The notes below the pieces were generated by a model. It had not been told where the DNA came from. It ran no database searches and saw only the letters and a list, made by a program, of their open reading frames with translations. The translations under genes and the position numbers were made by a program. A DNA stretch of 64,000 nucleotides from Dromiciops gliroides (lineage: Eukaryota): positions 633,076,827 through 633,140,826 of the forward strand of contig NC_057861.1 of the NCBI RefSeq assembly GCF_019393635.1, read 5' to 3'. Every line of letters starts with the position of its first letter. Within the stretch, counting starts at the first letter, position 1. This document shows positions 1-13,022 of the stretch, piece after piece.

Positions 1-1217
1 TATTCCTTTCCTCTCCTTTCCCTCCCCACGTCCACCTCATTCACTTTTCCCAGCCCCTCTTCTATCCTCTTAGATTACCTGCCAATCTTTCCTCTTTTTC
101 TTCTTTCCACCCCCTTGTCCACCTTCTTACTCCCTCCCCTGCCTCCCTTGTTTTCTTCCCATATTCTCAGCCTCCTTTTCTTTCTTCATGCCCTTCTCCC
201 AACCTCTCTTTTCTTCTCATCATCTTTCCCAGCCCCAATCTGCCCTTTTCTCTCATTTCCCTTTCCATCCCCTGCCTCAATTTCTCATCTTCCCCCTTCC
301 CCTTTCTTGGGCATACTACAAACCCAATAGTCTGAAGTGGGGGCTGTGGTGGGTGACCTGACCCTGTTCCCCACCTCCAGCTGAATAGACTGATCTTTCC
401 CAAAGCCTGCCCTCCTCCTTCCCTCACAGAAGGGGTTGACAGGGGCTCTGCCCAGTTCAAGTTGGGGAAGGGAGTGATGGTGGGACATCCTCCTGGGAAT
501 GATATGCAAAAACAAAACCCCAGCCTATCTCTGACTGTTCATTCTCTTCAAAGACAATTCCTGGGAGTAGACTTAAAGGTCTACCCTCCCAAATATCTCC
601 CTATGAAGCAGAGTATGGGGAGAGAGCTGCACTGAGGGGCATGAGGGGAAGGGAGGGGGGTGGGCCTTAAAGAGTGGGGTGGGGGGAGGGGGTGCATTGC
701 TGTTTGGTTTGCGATGCCTGTTCTACTCACATACCACGCATGAGGGAATAGAACTGGGGTGGGTGATTTCTAACCCGGGGCGTACAGGCCCAGTCGAATT
801 ATCCAGGCGCTGTGCCCCGGTCCACGTCCCCCTCCCCTGGCTGCCCCAAAGGAGAGGATTTTAACAGCTTATTTATGTATTAGTTTATTTATAGGGGGAG
901 GGTTATGCCATTCACATGCTTTGTAAGAAAAAAAAAAGCCAAAAAATCGGACCAAATGCCCAGCGGCTGAGCTCGAAGCCTGGGCTTGCAAGGGGCGTTT
1001 CTTCGTGGATTTTTTTAAAGGGACCAGGGCGACTTTGCCGCACGAGTCGGGGCAAGAGGTTTGGGGTGGGGGTGGGGAGCTACCCAGCCCAGTTGGCAGA
1101 GATTTTTTTCTTTTCTTAAAAAAAAAACAAACAAAACAAAAACAAAAACACACACATCCCAAAATTATCTTACTGGTTACCATTTTGTATGGAGGATGCT
1201 GCATGAATCTGAACACT

Positions 1218-1223
1218 AATAAA
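1218..1223 (+). terminator. AATAAA polyadenylation signal; region 1–1245 is a pyrimidine/CT-rich probable 3' UTR of the upstream gene (by synteny possibly PRRT2)
   Basis: AATAAA at 1218-1223 preceded by about 1.2 kb with no long ORF; position immediately upstream of the PAGR1 CpG island. Confidence 0.3.
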
Positions 1224-1354
1224 CTGAGATTGTGCATGAAATGTTGCTCCCTCGGCGTCCTCTGTCCATCTGTCCTCCCTCCTCTGCCTCCACGCCCATT
1301 ATCAGTCCCAACATAGTCCTAGGGACATTTTACTCTCAGAACTGACTGTTCCCC

Positions 1355-1440
1355 CGCAGCCCCCGGCTTCCGAGCCTCAATTTTTCTCATCTGTAAAATG
1401 GGTATGATGATGTATGCCCTGCCTGCTTCTTAAGGGTGGT
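1355..1440 (+). repeat. MIR-like ancient SINE fragment (…cctcaatttttctcatctgtaaaatggg…)
   Basis: Diagnostic MIR core motif ctcatctgtaaaatgg. Confidence 0.5.
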
Positions 1441-1559
1441 GGTGAAGAAAGCGCTTTGCAAAGCCTAAAGCGATACAGAGAAGTGTATGAAGACTGGTCG
1501 GCTCTTATTCTCCTCTAAGACTTTCAAGACAACTAGCCTCGGTGAAAACGGGGAGCGAA

Positions 1560-2434
1560 AAGGGGGCGGGGGAGGGGGAAGCAGGGATATGAGACGCAGG
1601 GATCATACCTACGCCAAGCATGTTTGGTGCAGTGCGCACGCGCGGCCTTGGTGGCCATCTTAATTCCTGGCTGACGCCAGTCGAGATTCCGCGGCCCTTC
1701 CCTCATTTCCCGGGCCTTGAGTCCTGCCCCCAGCGCATGCGCTTACTATGGCCGGAGTTGGGGAGTGAGAAGGGGGTGGGCAAGGGTGCTGCGCCAGGTG
1801 CGTATGAATCTCCTCGCGCGAAGGACAGGAACGCAAGTGGACGTCGCGTGGCCGTGGGGGTTGGTCCCGAGATCGACTTCGCGGGAACCCGCGTGGATGC
1901 GCGCGTCGCGGTCGCTGGGGCGGAGAGTGGGGAGGGGGAGGAGTTAACGTGGGAAAAGCGCGCGCGCGTGGACTCTCCTGGCTCACCGGCCCATCCCCCA
2001 GTCCTGTCTGTGTACGACCCCCCCAGGGGGAAAAGGGGAAGAGACAGGAGACTTGTCTAGGTGTGCGGTCTTTTCTCCCGAGATGGCTTTATAAATTGGG
2101 CGTTGGGTGGGGGCGTGGCTTTTTGTAAAGATCTACTTTTCCTCACCCCTACGCTTTGAGATCCCGGAGGAGACCTTGGAGGTGGGGGGGGGCGGGCTGG
2201 GGGCGGAGAATGGGGGCTGGGGTGGGGTGCAGCTAGCTCTTTATCCTGTCAGTCTGGAGATACCCCTTCAAAATCGCCCTGGTGGATCCTACTCTCCCGA
2301 TTGGGATTGGAGATCCCTATTATTGACACCTCCCCCTGAGGGCCCGCCAGTGCCGTCCCCCACCCCCCCACCCCCCAGCTGTCAGTCATTGTAGGGCTTC
2401 CTCCCCTACAGCTCAAGGGCCCAGGCCCAGGGCC
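1560..2434 (+). promoter_or_regulatory. PAGR1: CpG island / PAGR1 promoter and 5' UTR region; TATA-like TTTATAAAT at about 2088; multiple G-runs
   Basis: Very high CpG and GC content (gcgcgcgc, cgcgtcgcgg), directly upstream of the PAGR1 ATG at 2435. Confidence 0.5.
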
Positions 2435-2931
2435 ATGGAGTCCTTGGCGGTGACCAATGCTGCGTTGGAGCCCGGGGAAGGGGAGGTGACTTCTGGCCTG
2501 GAAGCTTTGGCTGTGGAGGACCCTGCAGGAGCCCCTGCCCGGACTGACCCAGCCCAGGAGGTAGAGGAAGAGGGAAGGGAAAGGGCCAGAGAAGAAGTCC
2601 AGGTGGAGGTGGAAGCAGAGGAGCCCGTCCTTGAAGAGGCACAGGTTGAACCAGCTGGTACATCTGAGGAGGAAGAAGATGACGAAGAAGATGAAGGAAA
2701 GGAAGACTGGTGTGTGCCTTGCAGTGATGAAGAGCTAGAGTTACCCCAGAATGGAGAACCCTGGATGCCACCCCCTGCTGAAATTCGAAAGCTCTATGAG
2801 CTGCTGGCCACTCATGGGACCCTGGAGCTCCAGGCTGAGGTTCTACCCCGAAGGCCTCCCACTCCAGAGGTCCAGAGCGAGGAGGAGAAATCAGATGAAG
2901 AGCCTGAAGCAGAGGAGGAGGAAGAGGAAAA
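2435..2931 (+). CDS. PAGR1: PAGR1 (PAXIP1-associated glutamate-rich protein 1, PA1) coding exon 1
   Basis: ORF 2435..2935; translation has acidic E-rich tracts, [10 protein letters not shown] and [32 protein letters not shown] motifs of PA1; donor GTGAGT at 2932 (phase 2). Confidence 0.9.
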
Positions 2932-3433
2932 GTGAGTGAGTGTAGCAGCCTCCTGATACAGGGCACCACAGGAGAAGGATGGGAGGGACAGGGGTTGATA
3001 AGAGTAGTTTGAAGCTATAAATAATAGCAATCAATTATAGAGCACCTACGATGGGCTTTACAGATATCTCATTTGATGCTCACAACAGGGAGAGGGGAGC
3101 ACAGATGAGGAAACTGAGGCAGGTTAAGTGACTTGGCCAGGATCACAGGGCTACCAAGTGTCTGAACCTAGATTTTATCTTAGGTCTAACTAATTCCTGG
3201 TCCAATACTCTATCCACTTGACCAATAAAGTAGGATAAATGTCTAGGGAAAGAGGAAGGGGTAGGGAGGCTAAGGAATATGGAACAGAGCAGGAAGGAAC
3301 TTAAGGGTCAGAGATAAAAAAGAAATCCAGAAAGCAAATTGAGGAAAAAAGCAGAGGGCAGCCCTCCCTTCCCTTGGGAGTGTTCAACAAAGGACGCAGC
3401 CCACAGCCCTCTTTCTCTTTTGCCTGGCCCCAG

Positions 3434-3516
3434 GCCTCATGTACCCACAGAATTTGACTTTGATGATGAGCCCATGACGCCCAAGGATTCTCTGATTGAC
3501 AGAAGACGTACCCCAG
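3434..3516 (+). CDS. PAGR1: PAGR1 coding exon 2 ([28 protein letters not shown])
   Basis: Acceptor cag at 3431-3433, donor GTAC at 3517; phase consistent with exons 1 and 3; strongly conserved PA1 peptide. Confidence 0.9.
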
Positions 3517-3764
3517 GTACGAATTGGGGACCTTGTGTGGAAACAGGAGTGGAGGGGAGCAGGTGGGAGGGGTTCAGAGGGAGCGAGTATTCTTCCCCCC
3601 ACCCCCACCCCCAAGGCAGCTAGGCATAGCATCGCCCCTCATCCCCACCAAGTGCCCCGCAGTTTGTGTAATTGACCGTCACTACTCACTCTCCGGAGCC
3701 CCTAGCGGTAGCCGGGCAGCGGGGCGCGGGTTCCTCAGTCTTCCCATCCCGTGCGCTCCTCCAG

Positions 3765-3964
3765 GGAGCTCGGCCCGGAGTCAGAAGCGCGAGGCACGCC
3801 TCGACAAGGTTCTCTCCGACATGAAGCGGCACAAGAAGCTAGAGGAGCAGATCCTCAGGACTGGCCGAGATCTCTTCAGCCTAGACTCGGAAGACCCCTC
3901 GCCTTCGACCACTCCCGTCCGACCCACCGGAGGAGGGCTCTTCTTGAGGCAGCGGAAATACTGA
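3765..3964 (+). CDS. PAGR1: PAGR1 coding exon 3 ([46 protein letters not shown]…LRQRKY*)
   Basis: Acceptor ccag at 3761-3764; in frame with ORF 3524..3964; TGA stop at 3962-3964. Confidence 0.9.
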
Positions 3965-4162
3965 GCGAACAGGGGAGGGGGCTCCCCTCTGCGGCCCCCC
4001 GGAGCGCGAGGGCGCCTGGCACGAGGCCGGCCGTAGAAGGAGCTGGCGATGGAGGACTGCCGTGGTGGAGTGGTGGATGGACCGAGTTTCGGTGGTTGTG
4101 TTTTTGTAAACTGAGCAGTTACATTCCAAGGAGGTTTTTTTTAGGCCAATCTTTGGTATCTA

Positions 4163-4168
4163 AATAAA
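4163..4168 (+). terminator. PAGR1: PAGR1 polyadenylation signal (AATAAA)
   Basis: AATAAAGA about 200 nt downstream of the stop codon. Confidence 0.6.
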
Positions 4169-4199
4169 GACTGTGCAGCTAGCTATCCCCTCGCCACTC

Positions 4200-4950
4200 C
4201 CCTTTATCCGCCAGCCTCCGAGGAGGGGTCGTTACGGCGGAGAAACCCCAAAGTTCAGGAGGCTTTGCTGTCCCCTCCCCTTCTCCCTCCACGGGGGGGC
4301 GGGAGAACTTGGATAAGGAAGGCCCCAGGATTGCTCGTGAGTTGGGTTCAAGAGACTATTGACCAAAACTGGCTCTTCTCCCGGGCTCCCCAAAGTATGG
4401 GGTGAGGAAGCGAAGCCCCTTCCAGCCCAGCGGAGAGCCGGGAGCCTCCAGGCGGAGTCTGCTCCTTCCTCCGACCCACCCTCCCTGGGCCCTTTAAATG
4501 CTCCGGTCCCACCCCTCTCCGGCCTGACTACCAGGAAGTCTATTACAGCGGTGCAGTGCGGTGGGGTGGGGAGAGGACTTGCGCTTCCCGAGGGATGAGA
4601 CGTCGGCCGCGGACGACACTTCCAGCCCAGTGACTCTGAGACCCCTCCGTAAGTGCCCCTCTCGCTCCCGCTTCGGACCGCCTTCCCCACCCCCTTTCAG
4701 TAAGGAGTCTGTTAGGGCTGGAGGAGGTGGCGGTGGGAGACTGCTCTGTGACCCCCCGGCCGGAATCCTCGTGGTGCCTAGGAGACCCCGGAAATGTCCA
4801 GATAGCAGCAGCCTAGAACTAGGGGATGACCCAGTTGAGCTGGCCTTTCTGTCTTTCGGGGATTCGATGCTCTTGCATCGAAGGCTCTTAGGTATTATTG
4901 GGGCTTTTCTCTTGGCAGCCATCTGAACAAGGGGGTGTGCTGGTGGGAAG
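4200..4950 (+). promoter_or_regulatory. MVP: CpG-rich block; putative MVP promoter and non-coding first exon (consensus donor CCG|GTAAGT at 4648/4649)
   Basis: GC/CpG-rich sequence directly after the PAGR1 polyA site; perfect gtaagt donor; MVP coding exon 1 begins with an AG acceptor at about 15975, implying an upstream non-coding exon. Confidence 0.3.
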
Positions 4951-6120
4951 AGACCCCCTCGTTGGGGGGCCACGAGAAGGCCCAAGCTACCGAATCTGTC
5001 GAAATTGCCTTCAGAAGGGAGTGCCCCTAGCCCTGGCATTTGTGGTAGAACATTCTCTTCTCTGATCCAGAACTAAGCCTGGCATTCCCCTGGCATTCAT
5101 TTAGTGCTGTCCCCACCCCGGCCAGAGGGAGTCCTTGAGGGAGACTTTTCCTCTTGACTCCCTACCATACTACTTCAGAGATCCCTTCTGGGGCTGGCAG
5201 GACTGAGGAGGAATTCACTGTCTGTCCCATAAGTTTCTACTGTCCCTCTCTGCCTTGGAGTCGGCTTGTCCTCAGGGCATCACTTTTTCCCTGGGGGAGG
5301 GGGACTGTGTGGTTTTGGGAGTTCTAGGACTGTAGCAGATTAGACCTGAGCACCCTGGGGAGGCTATATATACACCCACAGATTTTAGTGGTTATCTGAG
5401 CTAACTTTCTCATCTTACACCAGGCCACAAATCAGCCCTAGATGGAGCTGATGAGGAGATTTTCACTTAATAGTTTTTAGAACTGAGTTCAGTCTGACAG
5501 TAGGAAATCCTCTGGAATCTTCTGGTCCCTCTGATTTTACATTTCCCTTTATCTGTTTTTGCTGGTCCTCTGAGGAATGAGTGTCCCTTGACCCACCCTA
5601 CTAATCAGACTTTTCAATCCTGACTCATTCTGGCATTCAGAGTGGGCTTGCCTAGAGAAAAGCAGGAAGCCATACAGATGGTCATGAGATCAAAAAGGAC
5701 CTTTGGAAACCATATAACTTGATACTGGGAGGGGCCCTCCTTTTGAAAATAAGACTTATCTAAGGAAGAGAAACAAAATGTGTCCCTGGACTTGTGACTA
5801 ACCGAAATCCCTTCAATGGGCTTCTCAGGGTTTTTTCACTGACAAGTCTCCTAATAGTGTGACCTCTTCCCAACTAGGAGGTGCAGTGGGGTAGAGCTGG
5901 GCATTTGGAATGTGGCATCTGACCCTTAGTAGCTGAGTGATGGGGCAAATAACTTTATCTCTCTTAGGCTCAGTTAATTGCATCTTCCTTCCAGGGCTGT
6001 TGGTTAACTATTACACATTAGCTATAATAGCTGTTACTAGCTATTATAATTATTTGCTGGTTAGGCCAAACAGAAACACCTGCCCCCAGAAATAATATAT
6101 TGACATAAATGCTACCGACA

Positions 6121-6274
6121 GGGGCAGCTAGGTGGCACAGTGGATAGAGCACCGGCCCTGGAGTCAGGAGTACCTGAGTTCAAATCCAGCCTCAGACACT
6201 TACTAGCTGTGTGACCCTGGGCAAGTCACTTAACCCCAATTGCCTCACTAAAAAAAAATAATAATAAAAAAAAA
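6121..6274 (+). mobile_element. tRNA-derived marsupial SINE copy (plus orientation)
   Basis: GGGGCAGCTAGGTGGCACAGTGGATAGAGCAC head with A/B boxes (GAGTTCAAATCC), A-rich tail. Confidence 0.8.
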
Positions 6275-6892
6275 TGCTACCAACATTCATTCATTCAACA
6301 GATGCCCCCAAAGTGTCTATTATGGATACAAAGATTTCAAAGGAAAGTCATAAACAAGGTGCTATTAAAAGTAGTTCATGGATTTTTCAACAAAAGCTTA
6401 GTAAAGCACCTATTTATTGTGTGTACAGGGTGCTGAGAGAGAGCTGGCCCAGCATAGCAGATAAGGAAGTGAACTTGGAATCAACAGACATGATTCCAAG
6501 TCCACTTCCTTATGTGAAGTACCTACTATGTGCCAATTACTGTGTGCTCAAGATATTAATGGAAGAATAAATCCTTGCTCTTGAGGCACTCCCATTCTAG
6601 TGGGGTAGATAGCATAAAAACAACTATGTACAGAGTAAATTGGAGGTGGTGTTGTAGGGGACCAGGAAAGACCCTGAGAAGGGTAAGGTTGGAGCCTAGA
6701 CTTCTAGGGAAGCCAGGAAACAGGTGAGACAGATTGCATGCTAGGCAACCAGGCAGAGCCAGTGAAAAAGCACAGCTTCAGGAGATAGGTGAATTGTGCA
6801 AGGAACAGCAAAGAGGGCAGTGTTTCCTGAATTTTAGAGTTAGATGGAAAGGTAGGAAGTAGTTTGTGAAGGTCTTTAAAAACTAAACAAGG

Positions 6893-7035
6893 GGCAGCTA
6901 GGTGGCACAGTGGATAAAGCACTGACCCTGGATTCAGGAGGACCTGAGTTCAAATCTGGCCTCAGACACTTGACACTTACTAGCTGTGTGACCCTGGGCA
7001 AGTGACTTAACCCTCCTTGCTCTACCAAAAAAAAA
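6893..7035 (+). mobile_element. tRNA-derived SINE copy
   Basis: Same consensus head and A-rich tail. Confidence 0.8.
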
Positions 7036-8025
7036 GGTGGGGACCATTTACCCCCCACCCTGCTGATGAAAAGATAGGAGCTGTCATAAATATTTCACTT
7101 CAATAGTAAACACCCTCCTGACCTCCAGTCTCCTATCTCCAAGGAGGGGGAAAGAGAACAAGTACAATTTCCTGAAATCAGCCCCTTCTCCCTCAAGTGT
7201 CTAATCAAGCAAAGGAACAAGGAAACAATAACTGATGGATCAGTATGGGGCCAGTTTTCATATTTGCTTTAGGTGTATAATTATGAGAAAACTCATTGCA
7301 TCAGTCTTCAGATCTGGCTGGGTTTCTGGTCAGCATAACTACTTAAGGAGGCTGAGGTAGGCCATTTTCCCAGCCCCAAAGGGCTAGGTTTAAATAATGC
7401 AATAAAGTTTTCTCACAAGACAGAAATTGGACTAACCAATAACTGAATAGAAAGGGAACTGAGCCAGATCCTGAATTGAGTCACAAGATGGAGTCAGTGT
7501 GGTTCACTCAGTTAATTACCACATCCTCTGTGTCAGTTTCCTCACTTGCCACATAAAGCCGTCGCATTCAGTGGCCTCAGAAGTCCTTTCCAGTAATAAA
7601 TTTATGAACCTTTGAACCTTAGCACCATAGTTTACTGTCACAAGTAGGACTAGATGCCAGAAAAAGATAGTATTTCATTATAAGTACACTAACAAAGGAC
7701 CAAGTGCCCTGTGAGATCCAAAGGGACTAGTTATAGAAGAGGTAAAATCAAGACAGGTTTCATGGAAGAAGGGTTGCCTTTGAGTTGGGCATTAATGGAG
7801 GAGGGTTCAATAGGCAAGGAAGGACAGAGAAGGCATTCTAGGCATAAAAAAATAATATAAGCAAAAGATTGGTAGTGAGTGAGTAGTGCATATTTGGATA
7901 GAAACTGATTGGGTTCAGCTGGGGTGAAAAGCTGCAAGTGAAGGCTAAGGCTGGTGCCAAATAGTGAAAGGCCATGAATGGCAGGAGTTCAGACTTTACC
8001 AACATGGAATCACTGAAGACTTGTT

Positions 8026-8192
8026 TTTATTTTTTTTTGTTTTGTTTGCGGGGGAGTGAAGGTTAAGTGACTTGCTCAGAGTCCCACAGCTAGTAAGTGT
8101 CAAGTGTCTGAGGCTGGATTTGAATTCAGGTCCTCCTGAATCCAGGGTCAGTGCTTTATCCACTGCACCACCTAGCTGCCCCCCACTGAAGA
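8026..8192 (-). mobile_element. tRNA-derived SINE copy (reverse orientation; T-rich start)
   Basis: Reverse complement of the SINE consensus; TSD CTGAAGACTT on both flanks. Confidence 0.8.
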
Positions 8193-9449
8193 CTTTTGAA
8201 CAGAGGAGTGACTTGTGATCATAGACTTAGAACTGGGGGGGTGGGGAGAAACCTTAGAGGGCATCTGGTTAAATTATCCCCTCCTAGTGCAGATGAGAAA
8301 ACTGAGTCCCAAAGACGTTAGGTCACACAGTAAATAAGGAACAGAAAAGGGATTCAGGCCAAGGTGTTGAATCCCCAAATCTAGGCTTCTTTTTACTACT
8401 CTGTGCTCTTTTCATGAACCTCCAGTTGTATCTAAGATTATTTTGCTATTAAGGATGGCTCACCCAGACAAGAGAAAGCAAAGGGAGAAAAGCCTGGTAG
8501 GAGTCTTTTTTTTTTTTTTTTTGTCTGTGAAATGGGTTCTGTCCCCCTGGCCAAGTAGGGAACTCCAGAAATCAACCCATCTCTTTTTTCCCCTTACCTC
8601 TCAGGAAGACTTCTGTCCCAATTTTGGGATGCAGCCAAAGCAGTACTTCGGGGGGAAGTTTATATCTTTAAATGTATATATTAATAAAAGAGAGAAGGAG
8701 CAGGTGAATTGGGCATGCAACTAAAAAAATAGAGAAAGAAAAATTTAAAATCCCCAATTAAACAGCAAAATGGAAATCATGAAAATCAAGGGAGGAAGTA
8801 ATCAAATTCAAAGTAAGAAAATCATTAAACTGGAGGTTGGAGCCAAGATGGTGAAGGAAAGGCAGTAACCTCTCTGACCTCCCTGCATGATCAAGCCAAA
8901 AACCTCCAAATAATGCCATAGGACAATTCCTGGAGCAGCAAAACCCACAAAAGGATGGGGTGAGATTATTTTCCAGCCAAAGATGGCTTAAAAGATCAGC
9001 AGGATGGGGCTGCTATGCTGGGGCAGGAGTGGAGCCCAACCCCATAGTCACACAGACACAGATCCAGACGCAGGTTGGTCACCCAGACCCAGGCCATGCC
9101 ATGCCAGAGAAAGAAACCCCCAGAGCCTCTAAATCGGCTGCAGCACCGGCATCTTCTGGAACTAAGCTCATGGTTTGGTGAGAGGGCTGGGGGGCGGTGG
9201 GGGGGGGCACAGAATGCAGGGGTCTCTGCTGGTGCTGACCTGTGCAGGGAAACAGGAAGTGTTCTTGAGTGGTAATGACAGCCCAGGTTGGGGAGGGGTG
9301 AAGGTTCACCAGAGCTCTCAACTTTAGCAAAACCAAATTTTGTTTCCTGGTTGAAGAGCAAGTAGTCCTGGGGTTATTTACAGACCAGAGAACAGGTCAG
9401 GTGAGTGAAGAACCTGCCTCTCCTTAAATAGATCCACCTGGGACCCCCT

Positions 9450-11650
9450 GAAGCTTGGGACAGTGCATCCTAGAAGTAGTGCCCTACTTTAAGAAGGAGT
9501 TAAGTCAAGAAATAGCCTGGCAAGATGAGCAGACAGAAAAAGATACAGACCATAGAAAGTTTCTTTAGTGACCAGGAAGATTGAGGTACACCCTTAGAAG
9601 AAGATAGCAACATGAGGGCTCCTACATCCAAATCTTCCAGGAAAAATATGAATTGGTCTCAGGCCATAGAAGCACTCAAAAAAGACTTCGAAGAGAAAGT
9701 AAAAGAGACAGAGGAAAAAATGGAAAGAGAAATGAGAGTGATGCAAGAAAGTCATGAAAAAAAAGTCAACAGCTTCAAAAGCCAAATGGAAAAGCTCTCT
9801 GAAGAAAATAATTGACTAAGAATTAGGATTGAACAAATGGAAGCTAATGATCTTATGAAAAACCAAGACACAATAAAGCAAATCCAAATGAATGAACAAC
9901 AACAACAACAAAAATAGAGGGTAATGTGAAATTTCTTCTTGGAAAAACAGCTGACCTGGAAAATAGATTCAGGAGAGATGATTTGAAAATTATTGGACTA
10001 CCTGAAAGCCATGATTGAAAAAAGAGCTTAGACATCATCTTCCAAGAAATTGTCAGGGAAAATTGCCTTAATATTCTAGAAGCAGAAGGTAAAATAGAAA
10101 TTGAAAGAGATCCCAAAATGAAAACTTCTAACAATATTATAGCCAAATTCCAGAGTTCCCAGGTCAAGGAGAAAATATCGCAAGCAGTCAGAAAAAAACA
10201 ATTCAAGTACTGTGGAGCCACAGTCAGGATAGCACAAGATTTAGCAGCTTCTAGATTAAAAGACTGGAGGGCATGGAATGTGATATTCCAGAGGGCAAAG
10301 AAATTGGGATTACAACCAAGAATCACCTACCCAGCAAAACTGTGTATAATCTTTCAGGGGGAAGAATGGAACTTCAATGAAAAAGAGGACTTTCAGGCAT
10401 TTGTGATGAAAAGACCTGAACTGAATAGAAAATTTGACTTCAAACATAAGACCCTAGAAAAGCATAAAAAGGTAAACAGGAAAAAAATCATGAGAGATAT
10501 TAAAAGGTTAAACTGTTTACATTCCTACATGGGAAGATGATACATCTAACACATAAGAACTTTCTCAGTATTAGGGCAGATGATAGGAATAAATTTAGAA
10601 AGGATACAAGTGGGAATTGATCTTTAAAATGAAATTAAGGGGTGAGAGGGTTGCACTGGGAGAAAGGGAAAGGGAGAGGTGGAATGGAGTAAAGTATCTC
10701 ACATAAACAAGAAAAAGCTAATGGAATGGTGGGGAAGATGGGGGAAGCAGGGGAGTGAATGAGCTTTACTCTCATCAGAATTGGCTCAAAAGAGGGAATA
10801 GTATACACACTCAACTGGGTATAGCAATATATCTTACCCTGAGGGAAAGTGGGAAGGGGAAGGGAATGAGGGGGGAGGGGTGAAGGGAGAGAAGACAGAT
10901 TGGGGGAGAGGCAATCTGAAGCAAAGCCCTTGAGGAGGGATAGGGTAAAAGAAGATAGGAAATGGGAGTGAATATCATGGGGAGCAAATAGGATGGAGGG
11001 AAACAGCAATAGTAACTGGGGAAAAATTTGAAGCAGAGGCAAGAACAATGTAAGACAAGGATGACGATGATGGTACTTTTCTGGGCTATTGTGAAGAAAA
11101 TTCTTTGTCAGGTATAAGGTACTATATAGATGTTGGCTATAATTGTTGTAATAATCAACCTCATGGGTGTTTAGTAAGGAAATCTTCCTTTAAAGTACTA
11201 TATAAATGTAGTCTACTATTAAAAAAATAAAATAAAATGAGCAGGATGCCATCAGAAAAACCCTGGAAAGACTTACATGAGATGAAGGAAAGTAAAATGT
11301 ACTGTATACAAAATAACAGCAATATTATAGGATGATCTGCTGCAAATGATCCAAGACAACTCTGAAGGACTTATGAAAAAAGTGCAGTTCATCTACAGAG
11401 AAAGAACTTATGGTATCTGAATACAGATGGAAGTATATTTTGTTGTTGTTGTTAGTTCCTACTTATAAAGTGATGGGTCTTTTTGTCTGATGTTTTGCAC
11501 GGCTGCACATGTATAGCTTATGTTAAATTGCTTGAGTTCTTAATGGGGGCTAAGGAGGGAGGAAGAGAATTTGGAACACAAAGTTATAAAAATTGATGTT
11601 GCAATTTGTTTTTACATGTAAAGTGGTGAAAATTCTAAATAAATAATTTT
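9450..11650 (+). mobile_element. LINE-1 element, degenerate: ORF1 remnants (9612-9815 coiled-coil part, 10118-10540 ORF1 C-terminal domain) followed by G-rich 3' UTR and A-rich end
   Basis: ORF translations resemble the L1 ORF1p coiled-coil and RRM/CTD regions; GGAGGGAGGAAGAGAATTTGGAACACAAAG 3' UTR motif shared with other L1 3' ends in the window. Confidence 0.6.
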
Positions 11651-12342
11651 TTAAAAAAATCATTGAACTAGGAACTGGTTTTGTGAAATAAAATATAAAT
11701 TTTTGGTTAATTTGATTTTTAAAAATTAAAGAAAACTAAATTACTAGTATCAAAAATGAAAAGGATGAATGTACCACCAATGAAGATGAAATTAAATCAA
11801 TTATTAGGAATTATTTTGCCTAATTATGCCATAAAAACTGACAATCTAAGTGAAATCAGTGAATATTTATAAAAGCATAAACTTTCCAGGAGAGGAAGCA
11901 GGGTTATTTAAATATTCTATCTTAAGAAAAGTAATTGAACAAGCCATCAGTGAGCTCCCTAAGAAAAAATCCCCAAGACCAGATGGATTCACAAGTGAAT
12001 TCTACCAAACAATTAAGCAACAACTATTTGAAAAAATAGGTAAAGGAGTCCTACCAAATTCCTTTAATGACAAAAATATGGTTCTGATAACTAAACCAGG
12101 GAGAGCAAAAACAGAAAGAGAACTATCAACCAATTTCCTTAATGAACATGGATGGGAAAATTTTAAATAAAATACTGGCAAGGAGTATCACAAAGATCAT
12201 ACACTATGACCAGGTAGGAATTATACTAGGACTGTAGGGCTATTTCGATATTAGGAAAACTATCAGCATAATTAACCATAACAATAACAACAAAAACCAT
12301 ATGATTATATAAGAAGTCCTAGAAATCAATGCAGCCTTTGTT

Positions 12343-12500
12343 TTTTTGTTTTGTTTTGTTTCGTTTTTTTGGCAGGGCAATGAGGATTAAGTGACTTGCC
12401 AGAGTCACACAGCTAGTAAGTGTCAAGTGTCTGAGGCCAAATTTGAACTCGGGTCCTCCTGAATCCAAGGCTCGTGCTTCTATTCACTGTGCCACCTAAC
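12343..12500 (-). mobile_element. tRNA-derived SINE nested in L1
   Basis: Reverse-orientation consensus; TSD AATGCAGCCTTT. Confidence 0.8.
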
Positions 12501-12680
12501 AATGCAGCCTTTCTTAAAATGATATGTAGTATCTAAAATCAAGAGCAATTATCTGTGACCAGAGTAAACTTGAAACCTTCCCAGTAACATCCAGGGTGAA
12601 ACAAGGATGTTCATTATCATCACTATTATTCTATATTTATTAGAAATGCTAATACAGTTTATTAACAGTGATATAGGGGT

Positions 12681-12838
12681 GGGGCAGCTAGGTGGCACAG
12701 TGGATAGAGCACCGGCCCTGGATTCAGGAGGACCTGAGTTCAAATCCGACCTCAGACACTTGACACTTACTAGCTGTGTGACCTTGGGCAAGTCACTTAA
12801 CCCCAATTGCCTCACAAAAAAAAAACAAACAAAAAAAG
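12681..12838 (+). mobile_element. tRNA-derived SINE nested in L1
   Basis: Consensus head plus A-rich tail. Confidence 0.8.
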
Positions 12839-12895
12839 AAATGCTAGCTACACCAATAAGAAAAAGAAATCAAAGAATAAGAATAGGCAATGATA

Positions 12896-13022
12896 GGGCA
12901 GCTAGGTGGTACAGTGGAGAAAAGCACAGGCCCTAGATTCAGGAGAACCTGAGTTTAAATCTGGCCTCAGACACTTGACACTTATTGTGTGACCCTGGGC
13001 AAGTCACTTAACTCTTCATTGC
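12896..13022 (+). mobile_element. tRNA-derived SINE (3'-truncated) nested in L1
   Basis: Consensus head; divergent. Confidence 0.7.

Noticed and set aside
1620-2060. Overlapping ORFs on both strands in the PAGR1 CpG island
   Set aside because: GC-driven spurious ORFs in promoter/5' UTR sequence.
2406-2969. 187-aa ORF on the minus strand overlapping PAGR1 exon 1
   Set aside because: It is the antisense reading of a GAG/GAA-rich coding exon (proline/leucine-rich artefact). There is no start context or splice signals, and the sense strand is unambiguously PAGR1.
9612-12170. L1 ORF1 and ORF2 fragments as possible host genes
   Set aside because: They have clear L1 ORF1p/ORF2p similarity, are interrupted by stops and SINE insertions, and are flanked by an L1 3' UTR. 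Retrotransposon remnants, not cellular genes.
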